The translations under genes were made by a program, and so were the position numbers. The notes under the pieces are model-generated. The model searched no databases, was not told where the DNA came from, and was given only the letters and a program-made list of their open reading frames with translations. A stretch of DNA of 63,997 nt, counting the filler, from Collodictyon triciliatum (lineage: Eukaryota): the NCBI GenBank assembly GCA_043381765.1. It is 5 parts of 5 records of this genome, joined end to end, with 100 filler letters (N's around TTAATTAATTAA, not from the genome) between each part and the next. Parts side by side here need not be neighbours in the genome. Positions count along the whole stretch, not along the records: positions 25,687 to 38,421 come from JBHJMP010002109.1; positions 38,522 to 51,235 come from JBHJMP010002114.1; 3 more parts are not named here. One strand, 5' to 3'. Positions 28,354 to 41,501 of the stretch are shown here, in pieces. How positions within the stretch are numbered: the first letter of the stretch is position 1; the number at the start of each line of letters is the position of its first letter.

Positions 28354-31300
28354 TCACGCCTCTTCAATTGCATGGGTTGGTGTTTGGCTGGTTGTGTCCA
28401 TCCCCAGCCTTTGCATGATATGGATAGCATGTTCCGTCAGTCGGCTCAGCTCGTCTTTAGTTAGCTAATTGCATAATTCAAGGTGAGAGAAGTCATTTTT
28501 TTTTTTCTCGTTTGCACACCGACAAGTTCCTTAACAATCGACCTCGATTATTTTCTGATTGACTAATACAGTTTATTTTATTTTTTTAAAAAAAGGAGCC
28601 AACAAAAGTATGCGAAAAGGAAAGAAAAAAAAACATGCCAGTAATCGGAACTTTGGCTTCATCGCCTGGATTTCCTCACGAGTCCATTTTTGAGAAAAAT
28701 TTACGGCTCGCTCGATTTTCATAATGCTCTAGTTTTTTTTTAGTTGTAGAGACAACCATGTATTAATTTTAATATGTGGTTTATGTTATCAAATGAAATT
28801 TAATGGCGATGGTCACGCAACCAGTTATGAAAAATTGATTCTCAAATAAAATCATATGATGACATAAAACGGAATGGTAAACATACCTTCACCCTATCAG
28901 GGACTTGCTCAGTCTTTCGAAGAAAAATGCGATATTGACCGCGGAATTCCGAAAGTTTTCTCCTCAAGTGCTCATCCATGATATCTTCCTTCATTTCCCT
29001 GAGGATGAAATAATAGATTAATTTTACATGCTGTCCAGTTTTTATCTTATGTTTTGATTCCAAAGCAAAAACAGGAACTCAAAACCGGTTTTCTGAATAC
29101 CCAGAGTTACTTTGGGATGAATATTTGGCTCTTCTTTGCTTTCTCCATATTCTCCTTTATAAACTCTTGAAAGTCAACTTTTCCGCCAGCTTTACTGATT
29201 TCTGCGATTCTGGAATAATAAAATTTAATTATTCTATGATTTGCTGGGTCGCCAGAAATTTATGCTTGGAATATAAGTTAGGCTCTGCTTTCTTTCGGAT
29301 TGAGGACAAAAATAGATTATGTGATATCGCAACCTTTTCCTCTGGTCTTTCGTTAAAGTCGATATGCTTTTTTTTGACAAGTTCTCTTTCCTTTTATTGG
29401 CTTCGTATACTTTCCACTGGGCCAAGAGAAGCTATTTTCAATTAAAAGTAATAATATAAGTGATTGTAATCATCAGAGTAAATAGTATCTTACAAGGATT
29501 TACATTCAGTCTTTCTTTGTAGATAACTCGTGTTGTTCTGAACCAGCGTTGAATCCGGATAACTAGTGTCATGATGCTACTGTTACGTTCCACGTAATTT
29601 TGGTACTAAATTTTATTTCTTGTAATAAACCTGAAAAGCGGAAATTCTTTATAAGCAAAACGCTTTTCGCTTGGGTTGAGCAATCCTTGAGAAACCTAAA
29701 AATCAAATCAACTGCGAATTGCTTTTCCTTCTTGGCATGTGATAGATACGTCAGCAGAGACCACCTAAATTTTGATCAGGACACAACGTTAAAAGGTTAT
29801 ATTCGAATCAAATCGGTTTGAAGGTATAAACGAATTTCAAAGATACCATTTATTAGCACCTATATTTGAAGGAAAACCAAGAAGTCCAAAACAAACAAAC
29901 AAACAAACAAACAAACAAACAAACAAACAAACAAACAAACAAACAAACAAACAAAAGAAAAAGATAATACATAAGACAAAACAAGACAAAACAAGACAAA
30001 ACAAGACAAAACAAAACTAGACAAAACTAGACAAAACAATACAATATAAAACAAAAAAATACAAAACAATACAATGAAATTGCAAATTACAATAAAGACT
30101 AACACAAGCAACCACGAAAACGGTATGGTGTTAAAAATATGTATATAAAGCGTTAAATAAGTCCAACTTTCCAGCAGCATATCGCATTATAAATCTTGGA
30201 TTTGTTCGAGTCTTCTTCCGCTTGAGGGCCAAAGAATACAGTTTCATCCGAACCATTTTTTGAAGAAAAACAGCGACTCTAGTGATGAGCTCAATTCTGT
30301 TTTTCATAATTTCTCTTTTTCTTTTCTCCTTTTTTTATAGTTAATATCAGGAAAATGAAATAAAATAGTAACAGTAAAAAAAATCACAACTAAAATTCAT
30401 TTGGACATTAAATACATACCACTAAAGTTCCTATCAAGTAATTCTGAGAGCTGAGAAGAAAAACAATCACAACCCAAAGTCGAGATCCACTTTGATATTT
30501 TCCTCTAATCTTGACCTATGTTATTTTTCCAAAAAAGAATTATTGAAATATTTGTCATGTTATATTTGTAAAGACATGGGTATCTGATTACAACTTTCTT
30601 AACCAATTGGAGCAGGCGAAAGGATGAGACAAAATCCAACCAACGAATTCTCTTGTGCTTTTCTCGCTTCAATAGCGGCCTTTCTGGCCTCCTCCTTTTG
30701 TTCGATTATCTTGACCTTTTTCTCCAATAGCTCTTCCTCGAGTTTCATCTTCCTTTCCATAACTATTTGAGAATGCTCTGAATGCCTTTGAGCCTATTGC
30801 AATACATTTTTAGTCTTGTAATATTATGATTGATTTTTATTATTATTATTCCTTTAAATTTGTCCAAAATAATAGTATGATTAATAAATCCTCAGGGGTT
30901 GGTCGATTGCTAGGTAGGTAAGTTGGTTGGTTGGATTGGTTGGATTGGTTGATTGGTTGGTTGGATGATAAATACGAGTATGAGAATTAGGGTAAACCAA
31001 AATAAAGTCAGCATCATTTGTTAGACCTTGAGCTTAATTGATTCGAGGTACTTCTCAGGTGCGCTAAGTTTAATAATTTCTTGAGTTCTCTCTTTCATGG
31101 TCCGAGCCAATTTCTCATTTTCCTTCTTGTATTCTTCATGATTTGTTGCGTATTTTTTCACTAATCGATGTTAAAATGAAATTTAGAACAAAAGGGAATC
31201 TCATCTCACAGATTTTATTTTCATAAATTGTAGAAGATATAACGAGTAAAACGAGATAATTACTTACTTAACTCGGATGATATAAAGTCCCATTCCTCAT

Positions 31301-32583
31301 TATTTAATATCTGAACTCTCCTTTCTGGGCTAGCATGGATGAATTCTTTCAAAAACCGAACGGTAGGATTTCTGTCTCTTTCCATTAAAGACCTTAAGCC
31401 ACTGTTGCTGCGGTCTTGATATTCTGTTAATTTTTTATTTTAAAAAAAGGTTATTAATTTGTCGACCCTTTGCTACAAAAAAAACCAAAAAAAAACTAGC
31501 AAAAAAATAATAATTGATTTTATGATTTATTGTAAGTGGTAAGGTCTATCATTCTATTGATACTAACATGAGATATAGTAATGGTATTATTTTATTTTAT
31601 ATTTAGGAATTAAAAAAAAGGGGACCGTGTGACGATTGGTGTGGATAGACAGGAGGAAGCGGGCTGTCTGATATTGTTTGCCCATGGTTGTGACTTCCTT
31701 TTTGTTTGGCTGCTGGTTGATCACTGTGTAAGGAGGAACCTCCTTGAGGAAAAGACAGTTTCCTTTGAGCAGATGTATTACTTAATGAGGGTGATGGACT
31801 TTGTTGGATGGTAGGAATAGGAGATGAACGAGTTGACCATGATTGTTTTCCTCCTTGCCCAATGACTGAAATCATAGATTCGACGTCCAGAAGAGTATCA
31901 TCAAAGATATGTCTACCAACATCTGGATTATATCCTGCGGCATGTTCAGAACGCCCTGAAACAGAGAGCCGAGCATTGTTTCCGTAGCCCGCGAACAAGT
32001 GGTGATGGTGATGATGATCAGAATACCTACGCTCATCTGCACGAGACATGGCATCCAGGACAGATTGAACATGGGCGTTCTCTCTCTGAGCCAGCAGACT
32101 AATTCCATCAATGACATTTCCGCCGTTTGCAACTCGATTTAGATGCTGCCTTTGATTCACAATCACATGCCCCTTCTCCTCGGAGTCGGTTGGCGGATGC
32201 TCAGAGTCCTGAGTCAGGGTGATATGAATCTGCGGAGTATCTAATTCCAAGAGATTATATTCATAGCCAACGCGTTGGTGGCGCATAGGTGGTGATGCCG
32301 AGGACAGGCGGTTTGTTCGGTGAGGTGGAAGGTGCGGAAGTGTCTCGTGATGGCGGCTGAAGTGGTGGTTGTCGATTCGGTCCAGAGTATCTGCAACTGG
32401 TGTTTTGTGGATGGAAGTGTTGATGTCTGTGCTGTGAGAACGCGGGTGAGAAGCGACGGGGCTGAGCATTCTGCGCCGGCCAAGCGGGACGGACGCAGCG
32501 ACGGTCGGACTGGAATGGTCGTGTGTATCACTTGTTTGGTGCGGCTGTTTAGGCCCCATGGCGCTTGTCTCGTGCGGCTCCAT
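28354..32583 (-). CDS. Uncharacterised coiled-coil protein with IQ-like motifs and a long low-complexity N-terminus, ~10 exons
   Basis: Phase-consistent splicing. IQ-like segments VAVFLQKMVRMK and VIRIQRWFR; terminal exon LTKDELSRLTEHAIHIMQ...EEA*. Confidence 0.78.
29888..30075. repeat. (AAAC)n and (ACAAGACAAA)n intronic microsatellites
   Basis: Direct tandem repeats. Confidence 0.93.
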
Positions 32584-33130
32584 CTCTGTCCCTTGTGGTG
32601 GTTGGCCTCTCTTGGTGAGAATCGCCTCCTCTTGGGTCGGGTGGCTGTGATCTTTTCTAGTGAAGCTGCCGTGGGGTTTGAGTATACTATTGCGGTGTGC
32701 TTTGGATCGGTTGGACTTTCTCAGCCCTCCTATCGCAGGTATCGTCGGGGAAAAGATTGCCTCTTGCTCCTCTCTTTGATCTCTTCCTCTCTTTTCCCCT
32801 CGTCCCTTTTTTTTTAATTAAAAAAATATACAGTACTATTCTATCCTTTCGCAGTTGGGTAGTATATATTCATAGCTTGTGTAGTACAGGTGGGCAGCCC
32901 TCTTTTCTTTGCTCTCTGCGTCTGTTTGTGTGGTGAAAGGCAACTCTCAATGAGATGCGTTGTGGAGGAGTTTCTTTATTTGTCGGGTAAAGTCGTTATT
33001 ATTCCAGAATTGGTCTTCTGTATATTTTCCTTTTCTGGAGTGTAATTTGGTTGGCTGGATTTCTGTGCGTTTATGACTTTTTTTTTTTAATTCGAAGAAC
33101 TCTAAGCTGTCGAGTCTGTCAGACAATCTT

Positions 33131-33706
33131 TCATTCTATCATCAAGTAAACGGGCGGCTTTTTGGGAGCGGTGTGTTTTGGTTTGTGGTATGGGCCCTCC
33201 AGAATGTGATAAGGCGCTTGATAGATTGGAGCATCTGGTGGGTTGCATGGTGGAAGAGAGGGTCTTTCGACGAATGAAATGAGCACAGCACGAGGTGGGC
33301 ATACGAGATATCTCTCTTATTACGAGAAAATTAAAAAAACACAAACCGTGGTTTCCTCCTTTGCTTGATATCTGTCTCATGTAAAGCTTGAAATAATTCT
33401 CTTCGGCGAGGTGGTGGTGCTCTTCCTCCATATATTGCTTAATGGCCAGGAGCCCCTCTTTGAGCTTTTAATATAATCGATCATATTTTTTTGAGTTTGG
33501 ATGACTTTGAATAATCATGAATATAATAATATGATATGGAACAAAATTAGCAGAGCAAATTATTTACACGGGTTAAAAAAAAAGAAAAAGAAAAGGGTAT
33601 TATATTAAACCTCTTCAGACATATCTCCTTTAGCGAAGAAGTCAGAAAGAGACTTTACTCCATTTTTAATTTGGCACACAACATGATACTCCTCTTCGTC
33701 TGAGGA

Positions 33707-33789
<83 letters not shown>

Positions 33790-34096
33790 TGTAGGAAGGA
33801 TTAAGTACAAAGGTGTTATATAATGGCAACTTCAGAAAAATGAATACAATACTGTCAATAATTCACCTCTAACCAAAAAAAGGGAAAGGACATGCTCGAA
33901 GAATTCAACCATCCTCTTCATGGAATCTTCAATACCTTTCCCCCATTCAATAAAACGTTAATCTGAATAAGTAAGTATTCGAAATACTCCTGGGACACAT
34001 AAAGATTCTTTTATTTTCTTATTTATATTTGTAAGAATTGTCTTCACAAATTTTATTTTAAATGAGACGATGTGCCCTAAAGAAAAGTTCAATTCA

Positions 34097-34148
<52 letters not shown>

Positions 34149-35243
34149 TTTGCAATATTTTAGGCGAGAAGATGGTTCAGGAAAGAAGGCAAAAAATCAC
34201 GACATACTTATTTCCTCGCTACCTGATTGATGTATGGGTAACTTTCTATATTATTAAATGAATTACTATATAATCATTTAAAATAAAAAATTAACTACAA
34301 GGAATGAATAGCTTCCGCCAGAGGCTATACCATTCTTTCAATAGATTTGACTCTCACCTTCTGACTTCTATGGATAAACCCCGTGTGGAGTCATCCTCTG
34401 GAATTACTTTTGATGGCGAAGTAGAGGTATTGCTTGGATTAACATGAGAGAATTCACGAACCAAGAGCTTTTGTTCTCTATTTTCAAGGAATGATTATGT
34501 AATGTTAGACTGATCAAATTAGAAAGACATCTAGTTGCCCGCATATGAATGCGCTCTTACGAGTCTCGTTGGATTAGCCCCCTTTCTCGTTTTCTTTTCT
34601 TCTTTTGTAGCTTTCGCTTCTGATTTTTCGTGAGGCCATCTTAGGAATCCGTTTTTATTATTAGTAGAGGATATACAGGAGAGACAAACGAAGCTGCCAG
34701 CCGAGCATGGTCAACGTATAGCAAGCATGCATGCGCCCCTTATATTCCCCACACATGGATGATTATTATACTATCATGGATAGGCCTTGTCACGAGGGGA
34801 CCTAATTACCTTTTCCCCCACTCTTGCCGGGCTGGGTCATGTCTGACCCTGAGTCTGATCTGCTTTCATCGTGTACGCCACTCGAAGAAGTCTTTTCCTC
34901 GCATGCGGCCTCTTCTTTCACGGGAAGAACGACTCTCACCCGAGGGAGCCCCAGAGAAACCTTCTCGTCTCTGTCCTCAGTCCCACCAAACGCCTGGGCA
35001 AGCACGGCAAGCTCCTCCTGGGATTGACAACACCCACTTAGAGAACGATCTAGACCTCCACCCCGCCCTTTTCTTCCTTTTCTTTCCTCCTCCTCTTGCT
35101 CCCAGGGAAGGAGGTCAGCATAGAGCAGAAGAAGAGACGAAGAAGGCTACCTTTGTTGGCGGCTCGTAGACCTGCGGCTCCTGCTCGTCAGGGAATAGCA
35201 TGGAAACCACGGCCCTTCGAAAAGACGCGCGCCTGGCAGCCAT
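33131..35243 (-). CDS. Possible ERICH1-like protein, ~8 exons including an 11-nt microexon; last exon uncertain
   Basis: MAARRASFRRAVVSMLFP...YEPP N-terminus, basic LTKNQKRKLQKKKRKR segment, and MVEFFEHVLSLFL helix. The resemblance to ERICH1 is from memory and was not searched. Confidence 0.6.
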
Positions 35244-35260
35244 CACACGGAGGTGACCCG

Positions 35261-35280
35261 AGATAGACAGATAGATAGAC

Positions 35281-35338
<58 letters not shown>

Positions 35339-35345
35339 GGAGAGA
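35261..35345. repeat. (GATA)n/(GA)n microsatellite
   Basis: Direct tandem repeat. Confidence 0.95.
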
Positions 35346-35489
35346 ACTAGAATAAGCCCAACAGGAAGCAGGAGCGAAAGGGTTTTCTTTGCTCGGGGTT
35401 TCCCTCAAGCAGCGTGTTTATGTCTGCCCCACCAGGATGAGGTTCTGCCTGCGCGGTGGGGATGCGGGCGGAGTCAAGGGAAGGCTTCC

Positions 35490-38339
35490 TCAAGCGTACT
35501 TTGCAAGGAAAGCAGCAACAGCATCGCGCTCACGGGCCAGCCAGCGGGCGTTGGAGCGGATGGACTCGAGCGACTGCTTGATGGTGCGCTCGGCCTGAGG
35601 CACGGGGTTCTGCTCAAAGAACAGCTCGACCTGGCGCGCCATCTCTTCCGTGGTGAACCTGGAGGTGGCGTAGGAGATCATTGTGCCAAAGAGGAACTGT
35701 CCAGACCCGAACTTGCTCTCGAACGTTGCCCACTTCTCCTGCATAAACTCCCACGTTGCTTTGCGCGTCCGGGCCGAGCTGGAAGCGGCGGCAATGACGA
35801 TGTATGTGTCCTGCGTGCGAACCTCGTCGGAGAGCGAAAACTCGAGGGTGCGGCGCAGCAATGCTGGTGTGCGTGCGTGGCCGAGTGCGCGGAGTGCCTG
35901 CAGGCGTTCCTCGGGCAATGTGGCTGAGCGGTAGATTCCAAGGATGTGTTCGTACTCCTCTTCTCCTCCGTACTCCACGCTCATGCGGTACACCACGCCT
36001 TTAAGGTCTGCAGGCAGTGTGGTCGGGGCCTTGAGGAACTCGCGGAAGCGTGCGAGGGCGGTTTCGACAACTTGCCTGGAATAGATTGATTGGTTGATTA
36101 GTTGGTTGGTTGATTGGTTAGGGTGAGTGATTGGTTAGTTGGGTGGGTGAGTGAGTGAGTGAGTGAGTGATTGGTTGATTGAGTGATTGGTTGATTGAGT
36201 GATTGGTTGATTGAGTGATTGGTTGGTTGATTGCCTAATTGAGTGAGTGATTGATTGGTTGATTGAGTGATTGATTGGTTGATTGAGTGATTGATTGGTT
36301 GGTTGAGTGAGTGAGTGAGCGAGTGATGTAAATTTATTTGGCAGTCGCAATTACTCACTTATCGCCATTCCCGCCGAGTGTAGATATGACGAGGGAACGC
36401 AGCATCGGCGTCAATGGCGATTCGCCCTCCTTGGGTACCCAGCCGATCTTCTGGTATACTGCAGAGAGCAGAGAAACAACGTACTTTTGGAACTGCGGGT
36501 GGTTCGGCTCCTCGGACCACAGACCAGACAGATAGCCCACGCTGCCGATGAGGTCGGACCAGACAGGGTACTCGATCTCGTTCGAGTAGGCTTCGGCAAA
36601 CTCCAACGCCTGCGATGTCGGAATCATCCCTGCCTTCGAGAGGGCAAATATGTCATTCTGAACCCCGAGACGATCGACGGGGGATATGGCCAGAGACAGA
36701 ACGGGCTCCTTCAGCTTGGACAGGAGTTCAGGTGCGTAATTGGTGCGATAAAAGCCGTTCTGTCCGGCGTTGCACTTAATCCACGAACATCCACAGAAGC
36801 CTCCGTACGCGATCTTTCCCTCCTTGGAGGTGAAGTCAAACTTTTTGCTCTCTTTGGAAGAGTCGGTGAAAGACAGCCCCAGCCACCATTTCTGGTCTTC
36901 GATCTACAAATAATAAATAATAGTTCATCAGCTCGGGCGATAGAAAAACAAACAAACATAATCGCATGTACAAGACTACTCGAAAGCAGCGAGGTGGGCG
37001 ATTCGTGCTGTGCATCTAATGGAAAGTTGTATTTCTCCTTTCATTCCTTTTCCTTCATTACCGGCTCGGTTGGCTTGGTGGTGAGAAAGCGCTCTTGTCT
37101 TATCTTCAATTCATCGCCCTCTCCTTGCTCAATCGATACGACAGGGAAACCAACTGACCTTGTCCAATTGCCCATGAATTCTTTCACGCTCTTTCCAGAA
37201 GCCTCCTCCAGCGCAGCCCAGAGGTCCTATTTATCCATCAACATGCACACTTTGAATCAAATTAAAGGGGAATGCGAGTTCTGTCAACCTTGACTATTCA
37301 TTAGAAAGAAATTACATCGGTCTCAGCATTTCCGTATAGGAAACGGTTCAGATAGAGCTTGATGCCCTTCCTGAAGTTCTCTTCGCCTAGCCAATCTACA
37401 ATCATGCGAATAACACTGGCACCTTTGCAGTAACTACGCATGAAAGACGAATGTAAGAGAAAAACGCAACGAAAAAAAAAAAAGGAGGAAAATATCACAG
37501 AAAACGATTGTGAAAGAATAAGAATAATAACAAAGAAAACCTGATAGTGTCAAAGATTTCATCAATTTCAGCCGAATTCTTTACTGGCACTTCGATGGGG
37601 TGGCTACTGAGTAGTTCATCCAGCTCCAGGGCATGGTTGTAGTAATTGGTCACAAACTGGGTCCAAATATCCCAATCAGGGAAAAGATGAGCAACAGCAA
37701 GGTTTCCAACCCAGGTGGCAAAACCTTCATTCAGCCTTGATAGCAAAAAAAGAACAAAAAGGAAAAGAAGCAAAGCAAAATAAATTAGACCGATATAAAG
37801 GCCAAGTAACCATTAGAAATGCTAATGTATAAGATTCCAGAATTCATTTTAAAAAACAGGAATTACCATAAGTGCGTCCACCATTCCATGGTCACAAGAT
37901 TCCCGAACCATTGATGAGCAAGTTCCTCAAGAGAAAGAAAAAGAGCAATCAAAATGTTAAATACGTGAACATACAGCCAAAGAAAAAAAAAAGAGTTTTT
38001 GAATAAGTTCCATGTTAGTCAAATTATGTGTTACAACCGCAGTTTTTCTCTCTCTCAACTTTACATGGGCAACAATATAGGCAACGTCTTGCTTTGCTGC
38101 GACAGAGGATTTCTTCTCATCAATAAGCAGAGCAGCTTCTCGATATGTGATAAGCCCCCAGTTCTCCATAGCCCCAGCAGAAAAGTTTGCTAGGTGGTAT
38201 TTTGTTAGGTGAAGAACAAATTATGGCCATTGTAACCTTGATAAATTTTGAAAGAGATTCATACGAATGGTGATCATATCGGCCTTCGGAAGAGGATACC
38301 CGATGCCAAAATACTCTGTGAAGTACGATAGGACTCGCG
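35490..38339 (-). CDS. M1-family (puromycin-sensitive-like) aminopeptidase, 5' end truncated
   Basis: [21 protein letters not shown] (GAMEN), [31 protein letters not shown] (HExxH...E), [10 protein letters not shown], and an ERAP1-C-like tail ([19 protein letters not shown]). Confidence 0.95.
36082..36326. repeat. Mixed tetranucleotide repeat (GATT/GAGT/GGTT) in the last aminopeptidase intron
   Basis: Degenerate tandem repeat. Confidence 0.9.
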
Positions 38340-38421
38340 CTTGATATATGTAAATGATTAGGAATAAGTGTGGAGTTTCCTGCACTACATGATGTGGATA
38401 ATATTGGCCCTATGAATTTTG

Positions 38422-38521
38422 NNNNNNNNNNNNNNNNNNNNNNNNNNNNNNNNNNNNNNNNNNNNTTAATTAATTAANNNNNNNNNNNNNNNNNNNNNNN
38501 NNNNNNNNNNNNNNNNNNNNN
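38422..38521. other. Artificial contig linker
   Basis: N44-TTAATTAATTAA-N44. Confidence 0.98.
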
Positions 38522-38909
38522 AAAAAAGAGAGAGAAAAAAAGAGAGAGAAAAAAAGAGAGAGAAAAAAAGAGAGAGAAAAAAAGAGAGAGAAAAAAAGAG
38601 AGAGAAAAAAAGAGAGAAAAAAAGAGAGAGAAAAAAAGAGAGAGAAAAAAAGAGAGAGAAAAAAAAAGAGAGAGAAAAAAAGAGAGAAAAAAAGAGAGAA
38701 AAAAAGAGAGAAAAAAAGAGAGAGAAAAAAAGAGAGAGAAAAAAGAGAGAAAAAAGAGAAAAGGAGATAAACAAAAAAAAATATATTATTCAACATGCGG
38801 CTCCAGAATTCCCAGAATCCTGCTACAAAGCGAGCCGACAATAGCTATTCATAAATCTTTTCTCTCTGCATTAGTTTTTATCTTATTATCCCTCTCAGAA
38901 TATATCAAA

Positions 38910-40945
38910 ATGTCATTTCGTGGTGGAGAGCCTTCAAAACCCGAAATCAGCTCATTTGGTAAGCTAAAAGGACAGGACATAGTACATTTGCAGTGCCGAG
39001 AATCGCTTGTAGCTCTTTCCTTCTTATCCGTTTTCAAGTCTGGAAAATTATTAAAAAAACGAACTTTTATGTTTATGAGATTGTATACCACTACTATAGC
39101 ACCACCGGCTGGAGGAAACAGTGATTATGTAGAGGGTGTTACAGCAAAGGTGGTTATGCTGGGAGATTCGGGTCAGCTTTTATTCATGATCAACTCCGTT
39201 ATTGTCTCAGAGAAGCCAATTATTTTCATAATATTTTGTAGACCTTCCTAGATATGTGGCCTGCCTTATTTTTATTATTTAAATGAAATTTGTACATAAT
39301 CATGATAAAAAATAAAAAAAATGAAAATAATGTGAGACAGTTTCAGAACATTATTGAATATATGAGTTGTTTCGTCGTTCTTTATGGACACAATTAGGCT
39401 AACATTTCTTTGCTCACATGAATATTTTGAGGTGTGGGAAAGTCTAGTCTTGTCATTAGATATGTGGATGAAGTGTTTTCACCGACAATAAAGAGCACCA
39501 TCGGGGCTTCTTTTTTCACAAAGAAATTGTAACATCCTTTGTTTACCAATTAATCTATTTTAATTTGTGTATTTTAATTATAATTTATGTATATTAAAGG
39601 ATATGTTTTTCTACAGAAAAATTTAAGTCATTCACGTTATATAATAGTGCGGTGGACAGCATAAAGGTTAAACTTCAAATATGGGATACTGCGGGTCAGG
39701 AAAGGTTTCATGACAGATCGCTCTATTTGATTCTATGTGAAATCATCAAATCGCTCACAATTTAATTTTCCTCCTCTCCCAACGCTCTATTAATCTGTTG
39801 GCGCATTAGTATTTGGTGAATTTTTTATGCTTATGATAAACTTGTTTATCATAAATTAGATTCCGCTCTTTGGTTCGATTGACTATAGATTCAAAAAATC
39901 AATTTTCTTTTGAAATAGTACCCTGAAATGTAAAACGTATCATGATTTCTATTTTTCTTCATTTCTGTGAACGTTTATGGGTATAAGCTGCAATATCAAG
40001 ACCTAAACTCCTTCAATTTCAGACACCAATGTTTTATCGTGGTGCTGCTGCTGCTGTTCTTGTCTTTGATGTTACGAATGAGTTAAGTTTTGAAAAACTG
40101 AAAACTTGGGTCAAAGAGCTACGTCAAAATGTTGATGAGTCTTTGAGTATGAATTTCATAATTTAAACACTTGTAATATTTTCTCCTTTTCAAGAAAAAA
40201 ACACATAATATTTTGTTCAATTATAGTTATTTCATACTGTATCCAATATACTTACATTTTACCTATCCTTTCCTTTCCTTTCCTTTCCTTTCCTTTCCTT
40301 TTCTTTTCTTTTCTTTTCTTTTCTTTTCTTTTCTTTTCTTTTCTTTTCTTTTCTTTTCTTTTCTTTTCTTTTCTTTTCTTTTCCTTTCTTTTCCTTTCTT
40401 TTCATTTCATATGTCATGGATGTTATGATTGATGGATTTTGTGAACACATACAAAAGTACTGGTGATTGCGGCAAACAAAGTTGACCTTCAATCAGAGAC
40501 CAGAGTCCCAGCAAAAAAAGTGCAAGGTGTGTATCTTTATAAATTTCTGGGCATGCCCACTGATTGTAGATGCTGATTTCGAATGAAAAGTATGAACATC
40601 AATCCATATAAGGCAAAATGTATGCAAGAAACCCACATAATTATTTCTCAGATTTCTTTTTCTCATTCGTGTATTATCTACCTATATTTATTGATTGATT
40701 ATGCTAATGATTGTTATTGAACCATCGCTCTGTTTGGTTTTAAAACGTCAGAATACGCCTCAAGCATCAGAGCAGCAGTGTTTGAAACGTCTGCCAAGGA
40801 TAACATCGGAGTGTCAGAGATGTTTAGTGGTATTGCAAAGCAACTCGTCAAGGTGTATAAGAGCCCTCAATCTACGGCAACGGCCACTCCCGGGTCGTCC
40901 ATAACCATTGAAGAGGTACCGAAAAACAAAGGTTGTTGTAGCTAA
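38910..40945 (+). CDS. Rab GTPase of the Rab5-related endocytic group, 8 exons
   Basis: [53 protein letters not shown], ETSAK, and C-terminal GCCS prenylation motif. Confidence 0.93.
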
Positions 40946-41501
40946 GGTGGAAACATCCAAGAAGGGAACGGGCATTAACCAACAAAAGATCATTACGATT
41001 TATGTCTAGACCGAGCTACATGTCCTCCCCAGGATTTAATAAAAGGGAATTAAAACACAAGGCTCGTATGTACACGATGGTGTTCCGTTCCCTCTTTGAT
41101 TTCTACTGTTTCAATTTGTTGCATACGAGCTCCTATATTGTGGTTTACCACTGGTAATTTCATGTTATTGTACAAATCATGCCGAAATAAACTAAATCTA
41201 AACCGGGCATCGAATGAGATTAACAATCAGTGCAGTAAAATGTATATTTTATCCATACAGGGAAATGTACAACTTCATTGTTGAGTGTTGTGTGTTTATT
41301 AGGCCAGAACAATAATGACAAAGTGTATAGGAAAAGACGTCATGAGTGACTTAAGGCACGAGACGAACGCCGCAAACAGAGAGCTGTCATACACGCTACG
41401 AAACAAGCATGTTGTTGCAGTGGTATCAACGCCACACAGAATCCTTCCCAGGGCGATTACAAGCTTTGTGTATTGAAGTCAGGCAGGTATCTGCATCCAC
41501 G

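Noticed and set aside
34755-34860. Box C/D-like motifs (GGATGA...CTGA)
   Set aside because: The C box is imperfect, there is no terminal stem, and the region is antisense to an exon/intron junction of the ERICH1-like gene.
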